Source of the DNA: Candidatus Hydrogenedentota bacterium
Lineage (GTDB): Bacteria > Hydrogenedentota > Hydrogenedentia > Hydrogenedentales > Hydrogenedentaceae
DNA: 64,000 nt
Reading direction: 5' to 3'
Assembly (NCBI GenBank): GCA_026415215.1
Contig: JAOAHN010000072.1
Span: 2,899-66,898 of the forward strand
This document shows positions 18,110 to 28,025 of this stretch, piece after piece. The position numbers were made by a program, and so were the translations under genes. How positions within the stretch are numbered: the first letter of the stretch is position 1; each line of letters starts with the position of its first letter. Below the pieces are notes generated by a model. The model saw only the letters and a list, made by a program, of their open reading frames with translations, did no database searches and was not told where the DNA came from.

Positions 18110-19594
18110 ATGGTAAAAATCATACCAAAACTTGCGGGTGCCAGTGTTATATGGCGAAGAGGACGAAAGGATTCTTTAAGGGATATAGAAGTATTAATGA
18201 TAAAAAGGACTCGTACTTTGACATTTCTTCCGGGGCATCATGCTTTTCCCGGTGGAAGTTTAGAAGATATAGATGACCCAGCAATAGTTGTTGGAGAACA
18301 AACCCAAGAAGTTAAGAGAGCTCTTGTTACAGCTCTCAGAGAAACTTTTGAAGAAACAGGGTATTTTCCTTTCCCCAAAGAATTAATTAGATGTATTCCC
18401 GAGTCCCTACAGAATAAAGACATTTCTTCATCTAAAACATTTTATGATTTATTAAAATCGAGTTCAATCGTCTTGGACATTAAAAGTTACCCTTTCACAG
18501 GACCTTGGATTACACCTCCAGGATATCCTCTAAGATTCAAGACCTATTTCTTCTTTGTAGAATGGAAAGAGGACTATATGGTTTTCGACATACAAAGTCC
18601 TAAAGAGGTTGAATCTATAGAATGGTATAAACCTTCTAATGCTCTGGAAAAATGGCATAAAGGAGAAATTTCTTTATCAACTCCGGTTGCTTACATTTTA
18701 GAACACCTGAACTCATTCCAAGTCGAAATTGCTATATCAGAATTAAAAGTAATACCCTGGGCTGATGAAAAATACTCATACTTTCATCCTCGTGCAGGAG
18801 TACATATATTCCCCCTACCATCTCCTAAAGAAACTTTCTTTAGCCATGTAAACTGTGTAGTTATAGGGGGAAAAGAATTAATAATAATCGACCCGGGTGC
18901 AGGAGATACCGAAAGTGTTCGAGAACTGTTATACTGGTTACAACACCTTGCAGAGTTAGGGGCAACATTTATAGGCGTTACATATACCCATCCTCACGAG
19001 GATCATGCAGGCTCAGTTGAGTTGATTTCAAGATGTTTAAAAATTCCTATTCTTCATCATGGAAAAATGCAAAAAACTTCTGAAACCTTTTTTACCATTA
19101 AATTAGATAAAGATGAGTTACCTTGGTCAATTTGTGTTATACCTACTCCGGGTCATATACCGGACCATTACTCGTTTTATGAACTCACTACTAAAACCCT
19201 TGTTGCAGGCGATATGGTTAGCGCTGAAGGACCGGTGGTTATAAATACAGACGAAGGTGGGGATATGGCTATATATATGGAGTCTCTAAAACTTCTTTCA
19301 GAATTAGAGGTGGATTTGTTAATTCCAGGACATGGAGTTCCATTTTTCTTTATGAGAGGTAACCAGGTCATTCATAACCTCATAGAACATCGCAAGCGAA
19401 GAGAAGAAAAGATACTCAAAGCCTTAAAAAATGGTGTTTCTTCCATCAGGGAACTTCTTTCTCAAGTGTACGACGACATACCACAAGAGAGAATTGAATT
19501 AGCCAAACAACAATTAAAGGCACACCTTATTCTTCTGAAGAATAAAGGTGTGCCTCTCAATCTTATATATGAGGACTCCGAAGAGTGGTTTTGA
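18110..19594 (+). CDS. NUDIX hydrolase - metallo-beta-lactamase (LACTB2-like) fusion protein
   Basis: FPGG...ALRETFEETG Nudix box, WITP; THPHEDHAG, TPGH, AGD, PGHG MBL motifs; winged-helix-like tail (HRKRREEKIL...VYDD). Confidence 0.88.
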   Translation: MVKIIPKLAGASVIWRRGRKDSLRDIEVLMIKRTRTLTFLPGHHAFPGGSLEDIDDPAIVVGEQTQEVKRALVTALRETFEETGYFPFPKELIRCIPESLQNKDISSSKTFYDLLKSSSIVLDIKSYPFTGPWITPPGYPLRFKTYFFFVEWKEDYMVFDIQSPKEVESIEWYKPSNALEKWHKGEISLSTPVAYILEHLNSFQVEIAISELKVIPWADEKYSYFHPRAGVHIFPLPSPKETFFSHVNCVVIGGKELIIIDPGAGDTESVRELLYWLQHLAELGATFIGVTYTHPHEDHAGSVELISRCLKIPILHHGKMQKTSETFFTIKLDKDELPWSICVIPTPGHIPDHYSFYELTTKTLVAGDMVSAEGPVVINTDEGGDMAIYMESLKLLSELEVDLLIPGHGVPFFFMRGNQVIHNLIEHRKRREEKILKALKNGVSSIRELLSQVYDDIPQERIELAKQQLKAHLILLKNKGVPLNLIYEDSEEWF

Positions 19595-19596
19595 TT

Positions 19597-20094
19597 TCAT
19601 CCCCTTTTAACCATTAAGTCAAGATCCTCAAGTAATGCTTGTAAATCTTCTTCATGCATGACCTCGTCTTGTAGAATCTGAAGTACCATATTGTAAGTCA
19701 CAGGGTCTCCCTCTTTCGTTTCCTTCAACAAAGCATTGTAAACTTGAATTGCACACTGTTCTCCCTTAATATTTTGCTCCAGAAGAACCCGCACATAAGG
19801 ATCCTCAGGTGGGTCGTATCCACAATTAGTCATTTCATACCACTTTTTAGGACTCAATACAGGCGTTCCACCTAATTGAATTATCCTTTGAGCAAGCATA
19901 TCCGCATGTCTTAGTTCATCTCCCGCATGTTGAAATAATTCAGCCATGACTGCCTCTTTCATAGGCCCCTTAGCTACCTTAGCACCTAACCAATATTGAT
20001 AATACGCAAACCATTCATCCGCATAAGCTTTGTTAAGTAATTCAAGTAGATAATCTAATTTCATGTTTACTATTTCTCTTCCCTTGCTACCCAT
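19597..20094 (-). CDS. DPS-like ferritin-family protein (DPSL/thioferritin type)
   Basis: ADEW.AYYQYW, DELRHAD, GEQCAI, DEVMHE di-iron ligands plus Cys pair (NCGY, EQCAI); AGGAGG SD. Confidence 0.9.
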   Translation of the reverse strand: MGSKGREIVNMKLDYLLELLNKAYADEWFAYYQYWLGAKVAKGPMKEAVMAELFQHAGDELRHADMLAQRIIQLGGTPVLSPKKWYEMTNCGYDPPEDPYVRVLLEQNIKGEQCAIQVYNALLKETKEGDPVTYNMVLQILQDEVMHEEDLQALLEDLDLMVKRG

Positions 20095-20173
20095 TGGATT
20101 TTCCTCCTATCAATGTATTAAGTTTTTGGATCCGTGCTCAATATATAATATTTAATTAAAAAGGCTATTTCAA

Positions 20174-20698
20174 ATGAACGGGAAAATAGGTGTTATAAGT
20201 GATACACACGGAAATTCAAAACTAATGATTCAGGTATGTGACTTCCTAATTTGTAAGATTGAGGTTTCTGAAATATTTCATTTAGGGGACAATTTTGAGG
20301 ACTACAGGTTCCTAAAAGACATGGGATTTCCAGTGTCAGGAGTGCCAGGACTTTGGGACGAGGAGTTTAGGGATAATGTCACTCCTAAGGTATTGATAAA
20401 AAACTTTGCGAATAAAAAATTCATTTTCGCCCATGCAAAGTTCTTAATTGAAAGGCTTTCCAGAGAAGATTTAGATGTATGGTGTTACGGACATACTCAC
20501 AAACCTAAAATTTTGGTAGAGAATGGCAAAGTATACTTTAATCCAGGGCATTTAAAGAGGGATTCAGATAGGGGAGTTCTTGCAAGTTACGGGGTGATTA
20601 ATTTTTCAAATACTGCTATAGAATTCAAAGTATTAGACATTGAAAATAGTGTTATCCAATCGTTAAACTATTCATTGGGCACCATTACGAAAAATTAA
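20174..20698 (+). CDS. YfcE-like metallophosphoesterase
   Basis: SDTH, HLGD, AH, GHTH, NPG motifs; the usual GN motif appears as PGL. Confidence 0.85.
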   Translation: MNGKIGVISDTHGNSKLMIQVCDFLICKIEVSEIFHLGDNFEDYRFLKDMGFPVSGVPGLWDEEFRDNVTPKVLIKNFANKKFIFAHAKFLIERLSREDLDVWCYGHTHKPKILVENGKVYFNPGHLKRDSDRGVLASYGVINFSNTAIEFKVLDIENSVIQSLNYSLGTITKN

Positions 20699-20733
20699 AC
20701 TGGAACTGATAAACTTTAACTGAGGAGAGGTCT

Positions 20734-23406
20734 ATGTTTGGCAAGAATCTGAATTTTAGTGTGTTTATTCCATTCTTGTTATTTGCTACACATCTATATG
20801 CTCAATCACCATTCATTCCTGAAAACTTGAGAGTTGAATACCTCCAAAATCCTATAGGCATTGATACAAAGATACCGAGATTTAGCTGGGTAGTACCACA
20901 AAAGGGGTACAATGTCTCTCAAAAAGGCTATCAAATCCAAATATCTAAGTCTTTAGAAAAACTTTTAGAAGGAAATCCTGATGTATGGGATAGTGGTTGG
21001 GTAGAGAATCCTGAAAATGTTCACATCGAGTATTCAGGTCCAAATTTAGAAAGCTTCACAAGATATTATTGGCGTGTTAGGATCAAGTATAACGATGATG
21101 AAAAAACTCGTTTTAGTGAGCCCGCATACTTTGAAACGGCATTTTTGAATCCTCAAGACGAAATGAAAGCAAAATGGATTCGTCATCCTCAAAAAGATGA
21201 AGTACCAGAAAAATACGAGATGAGGGAAGAATGGAATTACAAGCGAATTTCGCCCCTCCTGAGAAAAACTTTTGAAGTACAAAAAGAGGTTAAAAGTGCC
21301 CGAGCTTATGTTACAGGTTTGGGATATTTTGAGTTGAGGATTAATGGTCAAAAAGTAGGAGATAACCTATTGGAGCCAGCTAATACTGTTCACGAAAAAA
21401 GGACTCTATATCTAACTTATGATGTGTCACAACTCCTCAAAAAAGGCAAAAATGCAGTGGGGATAATGTTAGGTCATGGATGGTGGCATAAGACTTGCGG
21501 AGCATGGTTAGAAATCCACATTAAATACGAGGATGATTCAACTGAAAAAATACTTACTGACGAAACTTGGAAAGCGAGCACGGGACCAATAGTTAGTGAG
21601 AGTCTTTACCATGGGGAAACTTACGACGCTCGGTTAGAAAAAAAAGGTTGGGACACACCCGATTATGATGATACAGATTGGTCATCAGTAGTCCCATTCG
21701 AGTATATTCCCAAGATCATGCAGGCTCAGGTAATGCCTCCTATAAAAGTTGTTGAGGTTAAGAAACCAGTGAAAATAAATAAACTCGATGCAAATACTTA
21801 CATAGTTGATTTTGGACAGAATTTAACCGGAGTAGTAAAAATAATAGCTGAGGGACCGAAGGGAACCGAAATAAAGATTCGTCACGCAGAGTTACTTTAT
21901 CCTGACGGTAGATTAAATGTAGAAAACATTAGAAGTGCAAAGGTTACAGATGTATATGTATTAAAAGGAAAGGGAGAGGAGGTATACATACCAAGATTTA
22001 CTCAACATGGTTTCAGGTATGCGGAAGTAACCGGTTATCCGGGGGAATTAACTCCAGAGAAAATCGAAGCCCAAGTTTTCCATACCGCATTTCAAAGAGT
22101 AGGGCATTTTGAATGTGATAATCCACTCTTAAATAAAATTAGGGATATTGTGCTTTGGAGTATTAGAGGAAACAATATGAGTATACCTACAGATTGCCCC
22201 CAAAGAGATGAAAGAATGGGTTGGATGGGAGATGCTCACCTTGCCGCCGAAGCAACCATTATGAATTTTGATGCCGCAGCTTATTATCAAAAATGGTTGT
22301 GGGATATCGCAGATTCGCAAAGCCCTGAAGGATATGTCCCTGACACATGCCCTAAAGCGATTTGGGGCGAACAAAAGGGCTCTCCACCTTGGGCCATTGC
22401 TTATCCCCTTATTGTGTGGTATTCATGGAGATACTATCAAAATAAGAGAGTGGTAGAACTCCACTATGATAACCTCGTTAAATGGTTCAAATCAATGGAA
22501 AGAGATGAAAAAGATGGTCTAATGGAATATTGTCACTACGGAGATTGGGTAGCATTGGAAAAAACTCCAATGGAGCCAATTGGAACTGGATGCTATTACT
22601 GGACTGCTTGCGTATTAGAAGAACTTGCTAAAGTTCTCGGTAAAGCTGATGATGTCCAATACTTTTCTGCGAAGAAACAAAAAGTGGCAGATGCCTACAA
22701 TAATAAGTATTTTGACAAAGAAAAAGGTTATTACAATGAAGGCTCGCAATTTGCCCAAATCTTTCCTCTATTTTTAGGCATTGCCCAAGGTGAATACAAA
22801 CAGAAAGCTTTACAAAAACTTATTTACGAAATTGAGGAGAATAGGAAAGCGCATCTTTATTGTGGAATTCTCGGTGCTAAGTATGTATATGATGTCCTCA
22901 CTGATGCCAATAGAGCAGATCTTCTGTACAAAATAGTACTACAAAAAGATTTCCCAAGCTATGGATATATGATAGAACTGGGTGCTACTACATTGTGGGA
23001 ACTTTGGGAATATAAGACGGGCCCAGAAATGAACTCCCATAATCATCAGATGTTTGGAAGTGTGTTAGACTGGTTCTTCGGAGGAATTGCTGGTATTAAT
23101 AGACTTCCGGAGCCAGGTTACAGATATATTACTATTTCACCTAAGCCATGGGAAGGGCCTCTAAACTATGCCCAAGCCTATATTGAAACGGTGAGAGGTA
23201 AGGTTCTTTCGAGATGGGACAAAAACCCAGATGGTTCTTTATCAATGGTGATAATTGTGCCTTCAAACTCGAGGGCTAAGATAATAGTTCCCAAAAAAGC
23301 GAATATGACCGTAACTTCGGAACCATCTTTAGAACCTTTAGCCAAGGAGGAGCTTCAAGAAATCTTCGAGGTGGGCTCAGGCACTTATAAATTCATAGTT
23401 AAGTAA
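20734..23406 (+). CDS. Alpha-L-rhamnosidase (GH78), secreted
   Basis: Signal peptide, PRFSW, DFGQN, PTDCPQRDERMGW, ATTLWE, NSHNH. Confidence 0.95.
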   Translation: MFGKNLNFSVFIPFLLFATHLYAQSPFIPENLRVEYLQNPIGIDTKIPRFSWVVPQKGYNVSQKGYQIQISKSLEKLLEGNPDVWDSGWVENPENVHIEYSGPNLESFTRYYWRVRIKYNDDEKTRFSEPAYFETAFLNPQDEMKAKWIRHPQKDEVPEKYEMREEWNYKRISPLLRKTFEVQKEVKSARAYVTGLGYFELRINGQKVGDNLLEPANTVHEKRTLYLTYDVSQLLKKGKNAVGIMLGHGWWHKTCGAWLEIHIKYEDDSTEKILTDETWKASTGPIVSESLYHGETYDARLEKKGWDTPDYDDTDWSSVVPFEYIPKIMQAQVMPPIKVVEVKKPVKINKLDANTYIVDFGQNLTGVVKIIAEGPKGTEIKIRHAELLYPDGRLNVENIRSAKVTDVYVLKGKGEEVYIPRFTQHGFRYAEVTGYPGELTPEKIEAQVFHTAFQRVGHFECDNPLLNKIRDIVLWSIRGNNMSIPTDCPQRDERMGWMGDAHLAAEATIMNFDAAAYYQKWLWDIADSQSPEGYVPDTCPKAIWGEQKGSPPWAIAYPLIVWYSWRYYQNKRVVELHYDNLVKWFKSMERDEKDGLMEYCHYGDWVALEKTPMEPIGTGCYYWTACVLEELAKVLGKADDVQYFSAKKQKVADAYNNKYFDKEKGYYNEGSQFAQIFPLFLGIAQGEYKQKALQKLIYEIEENRKAHLYCGILGAKYVYDVLTDANRADLLYKIVLQKDFPSYGYMIELGATTLWELWEYKTGPEMNSHNHQMFGSVLDWFFGGIAGINRLPEPGYRYITISPKPWEGPLNYAQAYIETVRGKVLSRWDKNPDGSLSMVIIVPSNSRAKIIVPKKANMTVTSEPSLEPLAKEELQEIFEVGSGTYKFIVK

Positions 23407-23418
23407 AACTAATTTGAC

Positions 23419-24363
23419 TTGATGCACATTAAGAGAGAAAAGAAAATAGAGTGTAATACCGCAAAAAACATTTTGTTGATAAAATGGGAGGAATACATTA
23501 CAACAATGGCGTCAAACCTTTCATTGCTTCAATCTCTACATCCAGATGCAATTCATGATATTAGGGTAACCTCCAGGAGAACTCGTGCTCTCTTTTCTGA
23601 ATTAAAAACATTTTTTCACTTCCCGGAGGAATTAATTTCCACTGCAAAAACAATTACTCGTTTATTGGGAAAAAGGAGAGAACTCGATGTAATAAAAGAA
23701 CTCGCTTTAAAGTTATTTCCCGGAGACTCTTTATTTACAGTTCACTTCTGTAATTTTATAGATAAAAAAAGGGAACTCGAATACAAAAACTGCATCAAAG
23801 CTGTTGAGTTAGTAGAAAGGGCAATAGAATTTAGTAGAGTAGTTCCGGATCTACCCCAGGTTGGAGAGTGCTGTTATGTAGATTTTCTATATCAAAGAGT
23901 ATTGAAATTACTTAATCAACTTACTAAAGTTAGAAAGAAGGTGAAGAAAATTGTCCAAAAAGAGGAACTTATAAGTGAAGAGCTTCATCTCATTAGAATA
24001 AGTCTCAAAAAAATACGATATTCCTTCGAAATTTCAAGTGTCCTAATTAGCGGAATTAAACAATTCATACCCAAAATAAAAGAGGTTCAAGAGACGCTTG
24101 GAGAGTGGAACGATAATAGGGTACTACTAAACTATTTCAAGGACTTTTTAAGTTTTAATCCTTCCATTTCTGATACTTATATTGATGAATTAAATAAAAA
24201 TCTACAGATTATAGACAATAAAATTAAAGAAAAAGTTAACGAGATTTGCACATTAGTTAATAAAAATTTCAAAAAGCAGTATCTAAATGATTTATGGGAG
24301 GACACTCTTAAAGAAGGAAAGGAAATCAAATGCTGTATTAAAAAGGGGAAAACATATGAATGA
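23419..24363 (+). CDS. CHAD-domain (polyphosphate-binding) protein
   Basis: IHDIRVTSRRTR, LGKRRELDV, LHLIRISLKKIRY..E, QETLGEWND. Confidence 0.88.
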   Translation: MMHIKREKKIECNTAKNILLIKWEEYITTMASNLSLLQSLHPDAIHDIRVTSRRTRALFSELKTFFHFPEELISTAKTITRLLGKRRELDVIKELALKLFPGDSLFTVHFCNFIDKKRELEYKNCIKAVELVERAIEFSRVVPDLPQVGECCYVDFLYQRVLKLLNQLTKVRKKVKKIVQKEELISEELHLIRISLKKIRYSFEISSVLISGIKQFIPKIKEVQETLGEWNDNRVLLNYFKDFLSFNPSISDTYIDELNKNLQIIDNKIKEKVNEICTLVNKNFKKQYLNDLWEDTLKEGKEIKCCIKKGKTYE

Positions 24364-25216
24364 TTTCTGGCAAAAAATAGAAAGGAATGAAGATTTACCT
24401 ACCTTACCAGTTGTAATGGCAAAGCTCATAGAAACTATAAATGATGATAGGTCTTCCGCCTCTGATGTCAAGAAAACCATGGAAAAAGACCCTGCAATAT
24501 CAGCAAGGGTGCTAAAATTAGCAAATTCTGCTTTTTATGGCCTTCGACATAGAGTAGACAATCTTCAAAGAGCCATTGTTATCCTTGGATTTGAGACTGT
24601 TAGAATGTTGGCGTTAAGCACTACTGTACTTGATTTATTCACTACCAAATCACAATTAGCTTTTAGTCCCAAAGACTTTTGGTTGCATTCCCTTGGCTCT
24701 GCAAAGTCAGCACAGCTATTAGCTCAAAAGATTAACTCTGCCTCATCTCCAGAAACCCTATTTACAGCTGGACTCCTTCACGATATAGGCAAATACTGCA
24801 TTGCTCTTACATTTAAAAATGAGTACAAAAATTTGGTAGAAAAAGCGAGCACACAAAAAATTCAGATTAGAAAGTTAGAAAAGGAATATTTAGGACATAC
24901 ATATATTGAGGTTAACCAGTGGCTTGCACAAAAATGGCATTTTCCAGAAACCTTGTGGTATCCTCTCGTATACCATAATACTCCAGATTCTTCCGATAAC
25001 AAATATCCACTCGAATCCTGGATAATTCAAATTTCAAGCGAAATAGCTCGTGCTAATAATTTTGGTTATGCAGGTGATTTTAATCACATTGATATAAAAG
25101 TTACTCCGCTGTTTGCTAACCGCCTAAATGAACTCATTATTAATGAAGCTTCTAATTCCCTCGGTGCTTTTTTGAAAGAAGCAGAAGACTTTTTGTCCGA
25201 GTTCCGTGTGACTTAA
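24356..25216 (+). CDS. Stand-alone HDOD domain protein
   Basis: LPTLP, DPAISARVLKLANSAFY, AIVILG, FWLHS, GLLHDIGK, WHFP. ATG 24356 follows an AAGGGG SD and overlaps the CHAD end. Confidence 0.92.
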   Translation: MNDFWQKIERNEDLPTLPVVMAKLIETINDDRSSASDVKKTMEKDPAISARVLKLANSAFYGLRHRVDNLQRAIVILGFETVRMLALSTTVLDLFTTKSQLAFSPKDFWLHSLGSAKSAQLLAQKINSASSPETLFTAGLLHDIGKYCIALTFKNEYKNLVEKASTQKIQIRKLEKEYLGHTYIEVNQWLAQKWHFPETLWYPLVYHNTPDSSDNKYPLESWIIQISSEIARANNFGYAGDFNHIDIKVTPLFANRLNELIINEASNSLGAFLKEAEDFLSEFRVT

Positions 25217-25240
25217 ACTAAAAGGGAGGTAATCATAGCT

Positions 25241-28024
25241 GTGTTCATTTTATTAGATAATAGTGGAAATGTATTAAAAGCCGATGAACACTTTTACCAT
25301 TTTCTTCAATCTTCTAAAATAACTAACTCCGAAAAGACTCCTATTAACTACTATCATCTAATTTTTCCACATGACCGTAAACGATTTTTAAATTCATTTA
25401 GCACTACAAAAAAACTAAAACAATCTATAGTAGTCTACAGGCTGAATGATTCATCTCATTCTTGGTGCCTACAAATAAATCTTCCCTTGTTTGAAAATCC
25501 AATATCTGAAGGCAAGGGCACAGTATTGTGTGATGTACTCCTGCTAAATTATCACAAACCAGGATTTTCTAGTTTAGCAGAAGGAATATTTCATCCGCTC
25601 TTTCCCAATTTTAAAAACCACGGATTAGTTATCTCATATAATGATGTAATTATCTACGCAAATGAAGTTGCTTCTGATATCTTGGGGCTCACCCAAAGTC
25701 AAATACTGGCTCTTTCCCCAAAAAGCATTTTTGCCTTGCCTGTTTCTAATACCTCAAAAAGCAGTTTAGTTGAAGTAAATCCTCCCTCTGGGTCAAAAAA
25801 ATGGGTGTATCTTAACAATTTTTTGGTTGAAACAATAGAGGGAAAACTACATTACTATATATTTCGCGACTACACTTATCAAATAAATCTCGAAGAAGAG
25901 TTAAAAATTTTCAAGTATATCGTTGACCACGCAGGCATGGAATTTTATCTTTTAGATCCACAGGGCAATTTTGTATATGTTAACGAAGCCTCCGCAAAAA
26001 GCTTAGGTTATGACCTTGCTTATTTCAAGAAGCTCAGTGTACCCCAAATAGACATTCTCTACACGCCGGAAAAATTTAAACATCATTTTGAAGTTCTAAA
26101 AAAGGGAGAAAACTCTCCTTTCATCACTATCCACAAACACAAAGATGGAAGATACATCTTTAAGCAAGTAAAGTCAGTTTACTTGAAGATTGGTGATAAA
26201 GAATATGTCTATGGGTTCGGAGAGGATATAACTGAGAAGAAAAGAATTAAAGAATTTCTGGATAGAGAGCACACTTATTCCCGTATTCTTATTCAAATTG
26301 CCAAAAGCACTCTGAGAAGTTCAAATGAGGTGATCTCAGAGCTATTAAAAAATGCATTGGAATTGACTGACTCTGACTATATTTCCTTAATAAGTGGCTA
26401 TTTAGAAGAGACCCCTATAATAGAAACACCCATCACCTACAGACATACAACTTCGTACGGGAGAGATAATCTATCAGATCTCTTGCACCAATTTATATTA
26501 GACCTGGAACAGAAGTATTTAAATGAAATCCCTATTTCAGACCCTAACTTCCCTTTCCAATTTAGATACGACTTTTCAGACCTCCAAGGTAAGCCTATAC
26601 AAGTTTTCTCTGCGATTGTGCCCATAAAAAATAAGGATTTCGTCTCAGATCTCTTGGTAATGTTCAGGAAAGATAGGGAATTCTCTCAAGATGAACTCGA
26701 GCAATTCTTTTTCTTCGCTAATTCGGCAAGTGACATAGTCAGAAGATTCCAAGCAGAGGAGAATCTTAGAAAAAAAGAAAAAATTTTAGAAGCCGTTTCT
26801 AAATGTTCAACAATCTTGTTACGCGCTTCTGACTGGCAAGATGAGATTAAAACTGTAGTTGCTGAACTTGGTAATGCCACAGGTGTTAGCCGTTGCTATA
26901 TATTTAAGAATAAAATTTCTTCCGTAGGCACTATATTAACTGACCAGTTATATGAATGGTGTGCTCCATTAATTACTCCACAAATAGATAATCCAGCATT
27001 ACAAAATTTCGACTATGTAGCAAATGGATACAAAAGATGGATTGATGTATTATCTCTAAAACAACCTATTTTCGGGTGTGTAAAGGATTTCCCAGAAGAA
27101 GAACGAGAGCTTTTGTTTGCTCAAGATATAAAGTCAATCGCAGTTGTACCAATTTTTGTGTTTGATAACTGGTGGGGGCTTATAGGGTTTGATGAATGCC
27201 ACGAGGAAAAACGGTGGACATCTTCTGAGATTCACGCCCTGAGTATAGCTGCAAAAATGATTGGGTCTGTAATAGAAAGACAACATATTCAGAATATCAT
27301 AGATGAGCAAAAGAAAAGGCTCGAATCAATTGAAAAATTAACATCCCTTGGACTTGTGGCAAGTGGAATCGCACACGAGATTAACAATCCGCTTGCTACT
27401 ATTTCTTTAGGAGTTCAGAATCTAATTCCATTAATTGAAGAGTTAAATGAACAATTAAATCTTAAAACAGAGTGTTTAAATATATTAGAAAAAATAAAGA
27501 GAAATATAGATCGAATAGAAAAAATAGTTAAAGGTGTAAAAGTCTTTGCCCGATCTAAAGTAGACCTTAAATTTGAGTCATATTCATTAGAAAAGATTAT
27601 CAAAGAAGCGGTGGAAATAGTTCATAACAGGTTGACATCTAATAAAATTAATCTTACTGTTTCAGAAATTAAGAAAAATGTGAAAATTGAGGTTATTCCC
27701 TCTTTGTTCGTTCAAGTGATTGTTAATTTATTAAACAATGCTATAGACGCAGTTGAAAATGTTCCAGAACCTAATATTTCTATCCAAATATCTGAAACAA
27801 GAGAAGTTGTTTCCATAAATGTGTTAGATAACGGAATGGGTGTTCCAGATGACTTACTAAGTAGGATAACTGAGCCATTTTTTACTACAAAGTCGAACGA
27901 TAGCAGGTTGGGTCTCGGTTTAGCTATTTCAAAGGCTATCTTAGACATCCATGGCGGAAAAATAGAGTGTGTATCCCGTAGAGGAGATACAAGGTTCACA
28001 GTCATTATGAAGAAAGTCATATAA
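25241..28024 (+). CDS. Cytoplasmic PAS/GAF sensor histidine kinase
   Basis: PAS (YVNEA...LGY...HKDG), GAF (KSIAVVPI...WWGLIGFD), H-box AHEINNPL, N-box NLLNNAIDA, DNGMG, PFFTTK, LGLGL; GTG start after GGGAGG. Confidence 0.92.
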   Translation: MFILLDNSGNVLKADEHFYHFLQSSKITNSEKTPINYYHLIFPHDRKRFLNSFSTTKKLKQSIVVYRLNDSSHSWCLQINLPLFENPISEGKGTVLCDVLLLNYHKPGFSSLAEGIFHPLFPNFKNHGLVISYNDVIIYANEVASDILGLTQSQILALSPKSIFALPVSNTSKSSLVEVNPPSGSKKWVYLNNFLVETIEGKLHYYIFRDYTYQINLEEELKIFKYIVDHAGMEFYLLDPQGNFVYVNEASAKSLGYDLAYFKKLSVPQIDILYTPEKFKHHFEVLKKGENSPFITIHKHKDGRYIFKQVKSVYLKIGDKEYVYGFGEDITEKKRIKEFLDREHTYSRILIQIAKSTLRSSNEVISELLKNALELTDSDYISLISGYLEETPIIETPITYRHTTSYGRDNLSDLLHQFILDLEQKYLNEIPISDPNFPFQFRYDFSDLQGKPIQVFSAIVPIKNKDFVSDLLVMFRKDREFSQDELEQFFFFANSASDIVRRFQAEENLRKKEKILEAVSKCSTILLRASDWQDEIKTVVAELGNATGVSRCYIFKNKISSVGTILTDQLYEWCAPLITPQIDNPALQNFDYVANGYKRWIDVLSLKQPIFGCVKDFPEEERELLFAQDIKSIAVVPIFVFDNWWGLIGFDECHEEKRWTSSEIHALSIAAKMIGSVIERQHIQNIIDEQKKRLESIEKLTSLGLVASGIAHEINNPLATISLGVQNLIPLIEELNEQLNLKTECLNILEKIKRNIDRIEKIVKGVKVFARSKVDLKFESYSLEKIIKEAVEIVHNRLTSNKINLTVSEIKKNVKIEVIPSLFVQVIVNLLNNAIDAVENVPEPNISIQISETREVVSINVLDNGMGVPDDLLSRITEPFFTTKSNDSRLGLGLAISKAILDIHGGKIECVSRRGDTRFTVIMKKVI

Positions 28025-28025
28025 G

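Noticed and set aside
20134-20141. Shared TTGAGCAC octamer here (minus strand) and at 46689-46696
   Set aside because: Two non-palindromic occurrences with inconsistent geometry; compatible with chance or a -35-like word.
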